Positions 1-13,309 of a stretch of DNA of 64,000 nucleotides are shown piece by piece. The position numbers were made by a program, and so were the translations under genes. The stretch lies in the NCBI GenBank assembly GCA_051530055.1, contig CM121342.1, positions 6,988,864-7,052,863 on the forward strand, in the 5' to 3' direction. The notes under the pieces are model-generated. The model worked only from the letters and a program-made list of their open reading frames with translations, had not been told where the DNA came from and ran no database searches. Numbering within the stretch: the first letter of the stretch is position 1; each line of letters begins with the position of its first letter. This DNA is from Neoechinorhynchus agilis (Eukaryota > Animalia > Acanthocephala).

Positions 1-1679
1 CATTTTTAAAAATTGAAATAATTCTATTTTTAAAGCTGTCGATTGGTTTCGGGTTTTTTTTGCTGTGGATACTCAGACACAAAATTGTGCCTCCGAAATC
101 AGTCGGATCTTAAAATAAAATCATTATAAAACAACCAACATGAACAATTCAATGTTCAGCTGCTTATTTTAACGCAATTGGAATCTAGGTGATCCCTTGA
201 ATATCTACAGCAAAAACGTCGGATTTAAAAATCATTTTAATTTCCTCGTTCTTAATAGTCATAAAGTACGTTAAAAATATAAAAGAGTCTTATTTGGGCA
301 GTTCAAATTAATATTAAAATAGATAATAAAAAAACTTTAAATATTAATATTTCCAATGAATATTTTTTAACCTTGAAGCATAAGTCACTAAGGTAATGCA
401 GATAAGACATTATTTCTAAGACTCGAAGCTTCATATTTCAATGCGGCATCCCTAAGGAAAAATATTGTGAAAAAGATATATAAAGTCGGTTTTACTGAAG
501 GTATCACGACGAAAAGTGATCTTCTCCCATTACACGAGTTTCAACCGCTTTTTTCTTATTTTCCTTAAAAAAGAATTTGGGGCTCAAATTTTGTACAATT
601 TATGTTAATTACAACAAAATTGCAAAAAATAAAGTTAATAAATCAAAAGCTTCGAGCATTTCTCGCGCACAACTTAGCGATTATTTTGGCTGACTGAATA
701 TGTATTGTTCTCTTTAATAGTCTGCCAAAGGTAAAAAATACACAATAAACCGTCAATTTGTTGTAATTTTGGAAATATGCGTTTGTCAAAGTTCAAAAAG
801 TAAAAAAAGGCAATTTGTTGTCCGCTTTTATTGGAAGAAATATTGATTTTGAACAAAATCTAACACGTATTTTAGCTTCTCTTTAAGCTTCTTTAATTCT
901 CTCGCAAATTTTCAGTTGGTTAAAAAGTATTTTAGTATAAATTCGTTTCAAAGCTGCCGCCAAAGCTATTAAGGTCATAAAATATTAGTTCAGGCTGGAA
1001 GCACTTATCTCTATCACGGGTGAGATCAAAGAATCTTTGAGCACCTCAAAAGATCCGATTTTTGCCTTAATTGCTTTATTTGCTAACGCCCATAAAAAGG
1101 TAAAGTCAATAAAAAAATTATTTCTGTTCCAAAAATATAATACAAAGATCGCTGCAGGCATTTCATCAAGAATTGGTGGCTATTGTTCATCTCTAAAACC
1201 TTTCCTATTGTTTTTTGAAGTTTTGGAGAAATTACTAAGCTTCGATTAATATAACCATGGAAAAAGATGAAAATATTTGCATTTTATATATCACAAATTA
1301 AATTTTTGAGTTGTAATAAATTAATTTTTTTATTGTAGGACGAATACAGCTCGTGGACATAAAATCTCTGTTACATCGCTAAAAATTCTCAAATTGAAAA
1401 AGCAATTTGTCTAGTAAGCTAAATCGCTACAAAAATGCAGCAAATTTGGATTTATATGCCGATAACCCAACATAACTGAAAATTAATCTTATGACACAGA
1501 ACGAATCCAGCATTTTTAAACTAGAAACTCTAATTATACAATTCCGAGTTTTTACTTGGCAATCGTAGGAAAAAATTTACGCAAAAAACAACTCATTAGA
1601 CTCATTTGGCCACATTTATGAATTAAGGATTGTGGGAAAAGTTATGAGGAGGGAATATTATTTTATCACTCAGATCAAA

Positions 1680-2670
1680 AGTTTTCTTATGTATTCTGGC
1701 AAGTGTTTTAGAACCTTCCCTTACTCAGCTTTTTCCTTTAAAGGCACACAGCCAACTAATATCTTTGATCAGGGAAACACATAAAATCACCTGAATTCGG
1801 AAACGTACGGTTATGAGTTTTGTACATTTTTACGGGTTTCCTCCTTTCAACGCTATTTCGTCCCCTTTATTTCTAAATCAGAGATGCTTAAAAGAAAAAG
1901 ATTAAAAGTTCCATTTGATAAGGATGGCGAGTTTAAACTCATTCTTTTTTGTCGAAGCATTTCATTACGATGGAAGCATATTTCCTTTTTTTATTTCTAA
2001 AAAGCAAGCATCGCCCCAGTATTGAGAAATAATAACGAAGGTTATGAAGTTTTTTCGTAATGAAAGTTCGTGTGAGTAATCGGCGATCGTGGATGCCAAA
2101 CCTCTGACCCTGAAACATGGATTCGAGTCTAAAGTCAACTGGACGACCTCAAAACGACTGCGGAATGTACAAACTCATTACCGTGTGGTTCAGCGGGGTA
2201 TTAAGTGATTCAATCATTTCTTTGATCCAAGATATCAGTTGGCCGTGTGCCTTTAAAGGAAAAAGCCGAGTAAAGAACGCTCAAAAAACTTAATATAACC
2301 GACTTGATAGAAGACATAAGAAAAAATATTTTATTGAGATATTCCGAAAGAGGAAACATCATCCGATCAATGATTGTTTAAGTATTGAGAAATAATAACG
2401 AAAATAATTTCGTACTATATAAATTTCTTTATTGTTTCTAAATACTGAAACAATTATTGATCGGGCGAAGCTTCTTCTTTCGAAATATTTTAAAATAATC
2501 AAAAATACGATCCGCCGATCTGGTTCAAGGAAGCGGATAAAATTACAATTAATACCCTCCTGAAGCCTACTGAAGGCGACGACATTTCGTTTAATTCAGA
2601 ACCCTTTGACCCACTTAAACTGGAATCAGGAGATTTAGTCCACTTGACCACCTCGGCACAACTCCGGAAT
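1680..2670. mobile_element. Dispersed non-autonomous repeat (MITE/foldback-like); inverted arms at about 1683-1830 and 2163-2325; 2070-2670 recurs at 49700-50520
   Basis: ctttttcctttaaaggcacacagccaac (about 1730) is the reverse complement of gttggccgtgtgcctttaaaggaaaaag (about 2240); long near-identical match to 49.7-50.5 kb. Confidence 0.75.
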
Positions 2671-2685
2671 GTTTCCAAAACCAGG

Positions 2686-3570
2686 ATGTTTCCTAATTGG
2701 TTGATATTTATCTTAACAACGAACAATGGCGACTTGTCTCAAGTGTGTTCAGAGACAATCTTCAAGGAAGACCAACAGATGAGGTACAGCCGTCGACAGT
2801 TACATCATCCAATTATTTTATCCATGGATCTTCGTCGTCAATCTGTTCGCCGTACAGATTGTCCTAATCCCAGAATATTGTACACAGATACCATTTGGTT
2901 GCCATCTAAGACATATTCTAAAGACCATCAATGTCCCATAACATGACTTGTTGTCAGTAGCGTTTGTGGGAACATTATCTCGCTCTTACACATACACTTC
3001 AACAAGTATTTCTATCTGTACTCCAAAAACGGGGACGTTTCCATAACAACCACTAAGATGCGATGTGCGATCAAAATAGGACGAATGATGGTCACCTACG
3101 AATCCGTGGTTGCCTGCTGTGAACATTTTATAGGCAAATTGAACGGGTTCTGGCGTAGGCTGGTTCAATTGTTTGTTATACCACCACAAAATGAAATGGA
3201 CTATGGGTCTTTGAACGAAGAAATGAATAGTGATAGTCTCGACGGTAGTCAAGTTGTCTTGATTGAAGATTTAAACGCAACCGGTGCAATCAATGTTAAC
3301 GGAGACGTTGGGAACTCGTTTCATGTTTTGAACAACGCCGGATTTGAGCCATCGGAAATGAACATTAGTGAACTATTGACAACAGTAAAACAACAAGAAG
3401 AACTCATTAGGTACTTGACTCATACCATTGAAGTTATCAAAAATCAACATGCTGAATTAATGGATGAGTATTTCGACAAAGTTGACGCTTACGATCGACT
3501 TGTGTTCAGTCTAGAAAATGTCGTTTCAAATTACAAAAATGTAAAAGATGTCGAAGCAGAAATCGTTTGA
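2686..3570 (+). pseudogene. Unknown ORF of about 295 codons with one in-frame TGA (2944-2946) and a coiled-coil-like C-terminus
   Basis: ORFs 2644..2946 and 3058..3570 are in the same frame and the frame is open between them apart from the single TGA. No homology recognised. Confidence 0.4.
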
Positions 3571-3689
3571 GAAATTGGACGAAATTTGTATATTCAAACA
3601 AAGTGATCCGAATGCGAGAATTTAAATTATATTGCACAAAAAACATCGTTTATGGCTTAATAATTTCATTGACCGGTTATTAATTTTTT

Positions 3690-3930
3690 CCTTGGGCACA
3701 CAGCCCATCGATCTGGTTGTTTACAGATCCTCAGATACCTTCCGAGGGAGGAGGAAAGACTAATTCGTGAGTTTCCTCCTTTCAGCGGTTGGCCCAAATT
3801 AAAAAACTAAAAATCGGCAGAATCCGTAGTTGCGCCGAGGCGGTCTAAGACGAAATACAACCGAAGGCATTAAACTATCGGATTAGTCTTCGGGAGGTAT
3901 CTGAGGATCCGGAATGATGTACAAAACTAT
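3690..3930. repeat. Small foldback; shares modules with the 1.7-2.7 kb and 49.6 kb family
   Basis: gatcctcagataccttccga (3726-3745) vs tcgggaggtatctgaggatc (3890-3909), 19/20 inverted; ggaggtatctgaggat also occurs at about 49610. Confidence 0.65.
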
Positions 3931-4687
3931 GTTCAACAACATAAAGATCAAACTGCGAGAGAAGCTGTGTTCAGTAATGGGATAGGCGAATTACGCTAAT
4001 ATTTGATTGTTCGGTAAAGAATTAGCAAGATTACATCAATGATCAAAAACTCAATATCGCGATTTTCAAAATGACCTCTTCGGCTGATATCTGAGCTCGT
4101 CGCTTCAAAGCAGAGAGCTGCGGCTAAGAAATAGATTTAATCAAATGAAATATTGATTGGTTGGTATTCGACTTCGAGTTAAAAAATATACTACCCTTTC
4201 GAGGAAAATAAATAAAAAAACCTAAATATTAAGCAGACGATCGAATTTCAACTGAATTAAAAATATTTGATGAAATAAATCGCACTTCAATAATCAAGAT
4301 CAATCCCAAAACATTTTTTTGAGTAATTTTGATATTTGAAATACCCACACAAAGGTCACAAAAAACCTCCACAGTTTTCACCAAACCGGAATAAGGTTCT
4401 TAGCCAAAAAGCACAAAAAAACAAGACGTTGAACAACATTTCTATTTACGCGAAAATAGAAAACAAAAATGCTTTTGTGGGCTTGCGAATTGTTTACGTG
4501 ATTACCATGAAATGTTCACGGTGGATTGTTGCTGAACCCCCATCCCAACGAGATATAAGAAGGTGCGGTAAGCTTACATCCAGAACATTACTCGTGAGCT
4601 TGCTCAAGTTCTTCACCATCGACGAATAGAAACTTTATATACGGCTAAGGAGAATGCCAACAGCTTCACAAATCAAAAAATCATTTG

Positions 4688-5257
4688 AATCATTATCCAG
4701 TAAGTTTGAAATTTGTTAAAAAGTAGTTCTTCATCCGCACTGCGACCGTATTCGCCAAGACCGTAGAATTCAAAAAATCATTATCCAGTAAGTTTGAAAT
4801 TTGTTAAAAAGTAGTCGTTCATCCGCATCGCGACCGTATTCGCCAAGACCGTAGAATTCAAAAAATCATTATCTAGTAAGTTTGAAATTTGTTAAAAAGT
4901 AGTTCTTCATCCGCACCGCGACCGTATTCGCCAAGACCGTAGAATTCAAAAAATCATTATCTAATAAGTTTGAATTTTGTTAAAAAGTAGTCGTTCATCC
5001 GCATCGCGACCGTATTCGCCAAGACCGTAGAATTCAAAAAATCATTATCTAATAAGTTTGAAATTTGTTAAAAAGTAGTTCTTCATCCGCACCGCGACCG
5101 TATTCGCCAAGACCGTAGAATTCAAAAAATCATTATCTAATAAGTTTGAAATTTGTTAAAAAGTAGTCGTTCATCCGCATCGCGACCGTATTCGCCAAGA
5201 CCGTAGAATTCAAAAAATCATTATCTAATAAGTTTGAAATTTGTTAAAAAGTAGTCA
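4688..5257. repeat. Tandem array, 88-bp unit, about 6.5 copies, alternating A/B variants
   Basis: aatcattatc at 4688, 4776, 4864, 4952, 5040, 5128 and 5216. Confidence 0.97.
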
Positions 5258-5984
5258 TTCGAAAAGAGAGAAATCTACGCTTCTTATGCCTTAACTATCT
5301 AATTCACACTCTTTAAAAGTGGCCAATCCAATCGATTTAATTCTATATTTGAGATCAGATTTGTAGTTTTAAGAACTAGCTTTATGTGAGCATAATCGCC
5401 AAGGGTGATTCATTAAAGATTTAAGCTGCAGATCTAACAAACTAGTTCCTAATTTCAATTGAATGAACATTTAAAATAATGTAAAAGAAACCGTGAAAAC
5501 CAACGCTTTCGTTTCTTTATTTTTGTAACTTTAACGACATTTTGAAATTTTAAAGTGTACCGTTTGCTTTCGTGTTGGACAGTTTAAAAATGCGTAAGAG
5601 AAAGCATAAAAATTAGAGGATAAAAATTAAGATAGATTCTTCGAATGGACATAACGCATCTCATGCCAGTCACTTCAATCAAAAGGGTCAAAGCTGCATA
5701 TTCCTGAGATTAAACGTTTTCTCCTACCCGACAGTACAAAATCCCAAAAAGATTATTTCGATTAATAAGCCTAAAGCTGGACGTAATTTGGATAAGGCTT
5801 AAAAAACGCATTCGGCTTATGTAGAATTTTGGAAAAAGAAAAAAACAATCCATCATCGATTGAAAGTACTAAGCTTCTTTTCAAACTAAACAGAGAGACG
5901 AATCCTTTATTTGAAGAGACGAAAATCCCCAGTTTGCGAGCATAAAAACTCGAAACCGAAATTTCGGCGTAAAACTCTGAAAAG

Positions 5985-8333
5985 GAAATTCACCCAAAAA
6001 AAAGAGTAGATTTTTTAAGAAACCCTATTTTCCATTTTTAAAACTGAACGAACGAATCCTTGAGTGTAGGAGAAAAAGGCCCGTTCCCAGCCCACCGTCC
6101 TTTCCCGACAGCCACTCGAGTGAGCGCATTCTGTTACGTCATCGTTTTGTTTACGCGACGATTAAAGGCTCAAAAACTCTCATTCCTGTGGATTTGGAAA
6201 CAAAAACCTCTGGAAAGTTCACCTGTTGAAAAAAGAGTAGATTTTTTAACAAATCCAATTTCCCATTTTTGAAATTGAACGAATCATTGAGTGTAGGAGA
6301 AAAAGGCCCGTTCCCAGCCCACCGTCCTCTCCCGACCGCCACTCGAGTGAGCGCATTCTGTTACGTCATCGTTTTGTTTACGCGACGATTAAAGGCTCAA
6401 AAACTCTCATTCCTGTGGATTTGGAAACAAAAACCTCTAGAAAGTTCACCTGTGGAAAAAAGAGTAGATTTTTTAACAAATCCAATTTCCCATTTTTGAA
6501 ACTGAACGAATCATTGAGTGAAGGAGAAAAAGGCCCGTTCCCAGCCCTTCGTCCTCTGCCACTCGAGTGAGCGCATTCTGTTACGTCATCGTTTTGTTTA
6601 CGCGACGATTAAAGGCTCAAAAACTCTCATTCCTGTGGATTTGGAAACAAAAACCTCTAGAAAGTTCACCTGTTGAAAAAAGAGTAGATTTTTTTTAACA
6701 AATCCAATTTCCCATTTTTGAATCAACAAAACCGTGTTCCCAGCCCACCGTCCTTTCCCGACCGCCACTCGAGTGAGCGCATTCTGTTACGTCATCGTTT
6801 TGTTTACGCGACGATTAAAGGCTCAAAAACTCTCATTCCTGTGGATTTGGAAACAAAAACCTCTAGAAAGTTCACCTGTTGAAAAAAGAGTAGATTTTTT
6901 TTAACAAATCCAATTTCCCATTTTTGAAACTGAACGAATCATTGAGTGGGAGAAAAAGGCCCGTTCCCAGCCCTTCGTCCTCTGCCACTCGAGTGAGCGC
7001 ATTCTCTTACGTCATCGTTTTGTTTACGCGACGATTAAAGGCTCAAAAACTCTCATTCCTGTGGATTTGGAAACAAAAACCTCTAGAAAGTTCACCTGTT
7101 GAAAAAAGAGTAGATTTTTTTAACAAATCCAATTTCCCATTTTTGAAACTGAACGAATCATTGAGTGAAGGAGAAAAAGGCCCGTTCCCAGCCCTTCGTC
7201 CTCTGCCACTCGAGTGAGCGCATTCTGTTACGTCATCGTTTTGTTTACGCGACGATTAAAGGCTCAAAAACTCTCATTCCTGTGGATTTGGAAACAAAAA
7301 CCTCTAGAAAGTTCACCTGTTGAAAAAAGAGTAGATTTTTTTTAACAAATCCAATTTCCCATTTTTGAAATCAACAAAACCGTGTTCCCAGCCCACCGTC
7401 CTTTCCCGACCGCCACTCGAGTGAGCGCATTCTGTTACGTCATCGTTTTGTTTACGCGACGATTAAAGGCTCAAAAACTCTCATTCCTGTGGATTTGGAA
7501 ACAAAAACCTCTGGAAAGTTCACCTGTTGAAAAAAGAGTAGATTTTTTTTAACAAATCCAATTTCCCATTTTTGAAATTGAACGAATCATTGAGTGTAGG
7601 AGAAAAAGGCCTGTTCCCAGCCCTTCGTCCTCTGCCACTCGAGTGAGCGCATTCTGTTACGTCATCGTTTTGTTTACGCGACGATTAAAGGCTCAAAAAC
7701 TCTCATTCCTGTGGATTTGGAAACAAAAACCTCTAGAAAGTTCACCTGTTGAAAAAAGAGTAGATTTTTTTAACAAATCCAATTTCCCATTTTTGAAACT
7801 GAACGAATCATTGAGTGAGGAGAAAAAGGCCGTTCCCAGCCCTTCGTCCTTTCCCGACCGCACTCGAGTGAGCGCATTCTGTTACGTCATCGTTTTGTTT
7901 ACGCGACGATTAAAGGCTCAAAAACTCTCATTCCTGTGGTTTGGAAACAAAAACCTCTAGAAAGTTCACCTGTTGAAAAAAGAGTAGATTTTTTAACAAA
8001 TCCAATTTCCCATTTTTGAAACTGAACGAATCATTGAGTGTAGGAGAAAAAGGCCCGTTCCCAGCCCTTCGTCCTCTGCCACTCGAGTGAGCGCATTCTG
8101 TTACGTCATCGTTTTGTTTACGCGACGATTAAAGGCTCAAAAACTCTCATTCCTGTGGATTTGGAAACAAAAACCTCTAGAAAGTTCACCTGTGGAAAAA
8201 AGAGTAGATTTTTTTTAACAAATCCAATTTCCCATTTTTGAAATCAACAAAACCGTATTCCCAGCCCTTCGTCCTTTCCCGACCGCCACTCGAGTGTGCG
8301 CATTCTGTTACGTCATCGTTTTGTTTACGCGAC
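5985..8333. repeat. Tandem array, about 205-228 bp unit, 11 copies
   Basis: gagtgagcgcattctgttacgtcatcg recurs 11 times; a shortened variant recurs at about 6720, 7370 and 8240. Confidence 0.97.
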
Positions 8334-8586
8334 GCCGCGTTCGTCTCTGCGCGCGCGCGCGTGCGTGTGTGTGTGCGCGTTCTACACGCTCGCTCGAAAT
8401 ATAAGCGATTGTATGAGGCGCGTAGAGCGGGCTACACCCGCATTGCACACTCCGCCTCCGTAATTGACCACGCGCATTCGAGAGTAGACAGTGAACGTCG
8501 CTTGTTCAAGAAGGTGCGCTCTTCTTTTAATGTTCAATCTTAAGAATTCTTCACTTCAGGTATCGCCATAACACTCTTTAGGCTCT
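8334..8586 (+). promoter_or_regulatory. GC-rich putative promoter/5' region of TRF2 with an alternating purine-pyrimidine tract (8349-8380)
   Basis: tgcgcgcgcgcgtgcgtgtgtgtgtgcgcgt in an otherwise AT-rich region directly upstream of the ATG; ctctttag acceptor 5 nt before the ATG. Confidence 0.45.
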
Positions 8587-9621
8587 ATGAAACCAAACAA
8601 CTTAAATAATTTCGGATTCAGTGAGCAACGAGTTGAGACCGAGTGGCAAATGGCGATGAACCATTTTGGGAATAGTTCACCATCGCAGGTATTGATACCT
8701 CGAAACCAACTATACCAACCACGCCGAGGAGATTTGAACAGATATACCGGCGAGTTGGTTCCGGTCATTCCGTCTCACGATGAAGCTCCTTTGCCTCTAA
8801 AACGGACCAAATACGAGTTTCCGCATCAGTTTCCCGCTCGATTCCCACGGATGCAGCAAAGCCTCTTTCGACCTATCTCATCCGCAATGATCCCTACTGC
8901 ACGTTTCAAAAGACCAGCGAATGAATTGGAAGATTACAGTACTAATCGATCCTCAAGTCTTAGCTCTCCTTTGGATGAAGCTTTGACTTCACAGGATAGC
9001 GGTGATGCCATGGAAAAGTTGACGAGCCGTACTTCTGTCCGTACTGTGTCCATCGTTGTTTCTAACATCGTCACGACGTTCCGAACCGGGAAACCCATCA
9101 ATATTCACAATGTGGCTAGAAAATGCTTGAACGTCGAACTTCAACGACATAGTTCTCGTGTTCTGATGGCTATTAGGAAACCACTAGGAACTGCTACCAT
9201 CTACCGAACTGGTCGAGTTGTTTGTAACGGAACCAGCACTACAAAAGACGCTTACATTTTATCGCGTAGAGTAGCGCGATGTATTCAAAAGTCTGGTGTT
9301 GATTTCAACCGAATGATCGAATACACTGTCGTGAACATCTTCTCATCAGTATCCATGCCATTCAGAATCGATTTATATAAGCTTTATAGAGAATGGGAAC
9401 GAAAAACACTTCCGCAAGTCAATGCGCGAATCGAGTCTTTGAGCTACGAACCAGAAATTCATTCCGGTACGAATATACGAATCAAGGATCTTAAGGTTAC
9501 CATGAAGGTGTTTCATAGTGGCCATGTTACCGTTATTGGTCCAAAGATTAGGAATATCGAAGAAGCTTGCGGTACAATCTATCCTTTGTTCAAACTAGCT
9601 GCTTCGCAAACAAGAAGATGA
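8587..9621 (+). CDS. TBPL1: TBP-related factor 2 (TRF2/TLF/TBPL1), intronless, about 145-aa N-terminal extension
   Basis: Two TBP core repeats: VLMAIRKPLGTATIYRTGRVVCNG, MPFRIDL, YEPEIHSG and GHVTVIGP match TBPL1 (VLMKLRKPRITATIWSSGKIICTG, MPFEIRL, YEPELHPA, GSITVTGP) better than TBP. Confidence 0.88.
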   Translation: MKPNNLNNFGFSEQRVETEWQMAMNHFGNSSPSQVLIPRNQLYQPRRGDLNRYTGELVPVIPSHDEAPLPLKRTKYEFPHQFPARFPRMQQSLFRPISSAMIPTARFKRPANELEDYSTNRSSSLSSPLDEALTSQDSGDAMEKLTSRTSVRTVSIVVSNIVTTFRTGKPINIHNVARKCLNVELQRHSSRVLMAIRKPLGTATIYRTGRVVCNGTSTTKDAYILSRRVARCIQKSGVDFNRMIEYTVVNIFSSVSMPFRIDLYKLYREWERKTLPQVNARIESLSYEPEIHSGTNIRIKDLKVTMKVFHSGHVTVIGPKIRNIEEACGTIYPLFKLAASQTRR

Positions 9622-9744
9622 GTGTATGTGGGTTTAGATGTGCTGACGCACTCCGCGAGCACACACCGTAGAGACACAAAAACTAGATGGCACTACACCC
9701 GTATTTGTGGTGGGGTTCAATTGCGTACTTGCTCGCGATAACTC

Positions 9745-12185
9745 TCAGGGAATTATTAGAAATCCCCAATGTGTGTTGACCTTTCGCTTTGTAGGATCAT
9801 GAAACTTTCTTAAAATGTTCGTTTTTCCGTCCCGATCGGAGTGCCCGGCTGAGTGTTCATCAGACGAGGCAGTCCACAGAGGAAAAATCGGACTGAAGTG
9901 GGACGTTGACGTAATGATCATCATCGGGACCATTGAATGGTGACTAAAATGTTCAAATCAATTTGAACTTTCTTATACGCTCGTTTTCCACTTGAGCTTA
10001 TTCACTTCTCTAGAGAATGGTTTAAAGGCTTAGAACGTGGAGGAGAATTGGGAACTTTTCTTAAAACGTTCGTTTTTCCGTCCCGATCGGAGTGCCCGGC
10101 TGAGTGTTCATCAGACGAGCAGTCCACAGAGGAAAAATCGGACTGAAGTGGGACGTTGACGTAATGATCATCATCGGGACCATTGAATGGTGACTAAAAT
10201 GTTCAAATCGATTTGAACTTTCTTATACGCTCGTTTTCCACTTGAGCTTATTCACTTCTCTAGAGAATGGTTTAAAGGCTTAGAACGTGGAGGAGAATTG
10301 GGAACTTTTCTTAAAACGTTCGTTTTTCCGTCCCGATCGGAGTGCCCGGCTGAGTGTTCATCAGACGAGGCAGTCCACAGAGGAAAAATCGGACTGAAGT
10401 GGGACGTTGACGTAATGATCATCATCGGGACCATTGAATGGTGACTAAAATGTTGTTGAACTTTCTTATACGCTCGTTTTCCACTTGAGCTTATTCACTT
10501 CTCTAGAGAATGGTTTAAAGGCTTAGAACGTGGAGGAGAATTGGGAACTTTTCTTAAAACGTTCGTTTTTCCGTCCCGATCGGAGTGCCGGCTGAGTGTT
10601 CATCAGACGAGGCAGTCCACAGAGGAAAAATCGGACTGAAGTGGGACGTTGACGTAATGATCATCATCGGGACCATTGAATGGTGACTAAAATGTTCAAA
10701 TCGATTTGAACTTTCTTATACGCTCGTTTTCCACTTGAGCTTATTCACTTCTCTAGAGAATGGTTTAAAGGCTTAGAACGTGGAGGAGAATTGGGAACTT
10801 TTCTTAAAACGTTCGTTTTTCCGTCCCGATCGGAGTGCCCGGCTGAGTGTTCATCAGACGAGGCAGTCCACAGAGGAAAAATCGGACTGAAGTGGGACGT
10901 TGACGTAATGATCATCATCGGGACCATTGAATGGTGACTAAAATGTTCAAATCGATTTGAACTTTCTTATACGCTCGTTTTCCACTTGAGCTTATTCACT
11001 TCTCTAGAGAATGGTTTAAAGGCTTAGAACGTGGAGGAGAATTGGGAACTTTTCTTAAAACGTTCGTTTTTCCGTCCCGATCGGAGTGCCCGGCTGAGTG
11101 TTCATCAGACGAGGCAGTCCACAGAGGAAAAATCGGACTGAAGTGGGACGTTGACGTAATGATCATCATCGGGACCATTGAATGGTGACTAAAATGTTCA
11201 AATCGATTTGAACTTTCTTATACGCTCGTTTTCCACTTGAGCTTATTCACTTCTCCAATGAATAGTTTAAAGGCTTAGAACGTGGAGGAGAATTGGGAAC
11301 TTTTCTTAAAACGTTCGTTTTTCCGTCCCGATCGGAGTGCCCGGCTGGTGTTCATCAGACGAGGCAGTCCACAGAGGAAAAATCGGACTGAAGTGGGACG
11401 TTGACGTAATGATCATCATCGGGACCATTGAATGGTGACTAAAATGTTCAAATCGATTTGAACTTTCTTATACGCTCGTTTTCCACTTGAGCTTATTCAC
11501 TTCTCTAGAGAATGGTTTAAAGGCTTAGAACGTGGAGGAGAATTGGGAACTTTTCTTAAAACGTTCGTTTTCGTCCCGATCGGAGTGCCCGGCTGAGTGT
11601 TCATCAGACGAGGCAGTCCACAGAGGAAAAATCGGACTGAAGTGGGACGTTGACGTAATGATCATCATCGGGACCATTGAATGGTGACTAAAATGTTCAA
11701 ATCAATTTGAACTTTCTTATACGCTCGTTTTCCACTTGAGCAACTTTATTCACTTCTCCAATGAATACTTTAAAGGCTAAAACGACGAGGAGAATTGCGA
11801 ACTTTTCTTAAAACGTTCGTTTTTCCGTCGAGGAAAAGTTTTCGTCCCGATCGGAGTGCCCGGCTGAGTGTTCATCAGACGAGGCAGTCCACAGACTAAG
11901 ATTCTAATCGGACTGAAATAGGACGTTGACGTAATCATCATCGGGACCATTCAATGGTGAAAGATTTTTGCGACTAAAATGTTCAAATCAATATGAACTT
12001 TTTATAAACGCTCGTTTTCCACTTGAGCAACTTTATTCACTTCTCCAATGAACAATTTAAAGGCTTAGAACGTGGAGGAGAATTGTGAACTTTTCTTAAA
12101 ACGTTCGTTTTTCCGTTGAGGAATAGTTTTCGTCCCGATCGGAGTGCTCAGAGGAGCATTCATCAGACAAGGCAGTCCACAAAGG
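9745..12185. repeat. Tandem array, about 251-bp unit, 10 copies, terminal copies diverged
   Basis: gtcccgatcggagtg at about 9829, 10080, 10331 through 12132. Confidence 0.97.
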
Positions 12186-12419
12186 AAGATTCTACATTTA
12201 ATCGTCTCGTAATCAAAAGAGTTTCAACAAAATTGTGGACGCAAATTGAGGGCAGATAAAACTCTGTTTTTCAATTGCGCAACGTGCCAGAAAAGTTAAG
12301 AAAACCGTCTTTGAAATATGATAATTTGTTACTTTTGCTCAAAAGAAGGTGTAGGTGCTAAAAGCACGATTCTCTCCCTAATAAAATGAAATTCTTGATT
12401 CGGTAAACATCTAAGTGGG

Positions 12420-12630
12420 TTGTTTGATGAGTTCTCGGATAAGGAGACCCGAAATGAACTCGAGGAAAGACCCAACCACCGAAACTTCCTTACAAACAAT
12501 TACCACCCACTTTCCCAACCCACTGCAAAAAAATCAACAACCACATTTATCCTTACAGAATTCGAGTGTTCTGAAGGCCCAAAGGTACATGGGTTCTATC
12601 TTTGTGCATTAACCAACAAAACGTATTATA
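12420..12630 (-). repeat. Diverged inverted monomer of the 13.3-15.7 kb satellite
   Basis: cgaaatgaactcgaggaaagaccc and cttacaaacaattaccacc match the reverse complement of the satellite unit; ttaaccaacaaaacgtatt matches the reverse complement of the 15700 end. Confidence 0.7.
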
Positions 12631-13309
12631 ATATAATTTTTTTTGTTAGTTGCGAACTGTTATGGGTTCAAATCCGAAAAGGAAGTTCAAAGTTCTTGAA
12701 CGTGGGAACATGGCTTGAAATATTAAATCTTCTTGAAAAAGGAGATAGTGGAATGTCTCTAGCACAGTTTTATAGTGCAAAAAAAGAAGTAGCAAAGGCG
12801 ACCCTAATTTGAGACCCAATTTAAAAGCGGGAAATCCATTGATACCAAAAGATATTACGTATAAATCATAGAACAGAAATTATGGAGTTCTATTTAAGCA
12901 TTTATTTCAATCAAGGGCTTTTCTTAAAATCCCAACTCCAGTGTTGTTTAGGCAGCTGGTACCTATCTAAATAAGGTTAATGATTCATAAATAATGCGCT
13001 ATATTTGATGAATACTCGCAAGATCGAAGAAATGGAATCTTAAAGTGGACTGTGAAATTCATTTTTTCAAACAAAAAAATTACAAGAGGCCCACTAGATC
13101 GTCAAAAAATTCAATAAAATCGCCGAAACGGTTTCATGACAACAATTTATTTGTACAGAAACGATGTGTTGGCAAGTTCGTAATTGTTTATTTATGATTT
13201 TCATGACTCCGCATTTCTAAGACTCGCGATTGCATTTCGGCTTTTACACATCGATTCAGGTATTGCTCCTATCGACCCAGGGAGTTTTTAAGACCATTAA
13301 GGAGCGTTG

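Noticed and set aside
9825-9875. Hammerhead ribozyme/retrozyme in the 251-bp unit (minus-strand CTGATGA...GAAA)
   Set aside because: Stem II does not close and the sequences flanking the core cannot form stem I.
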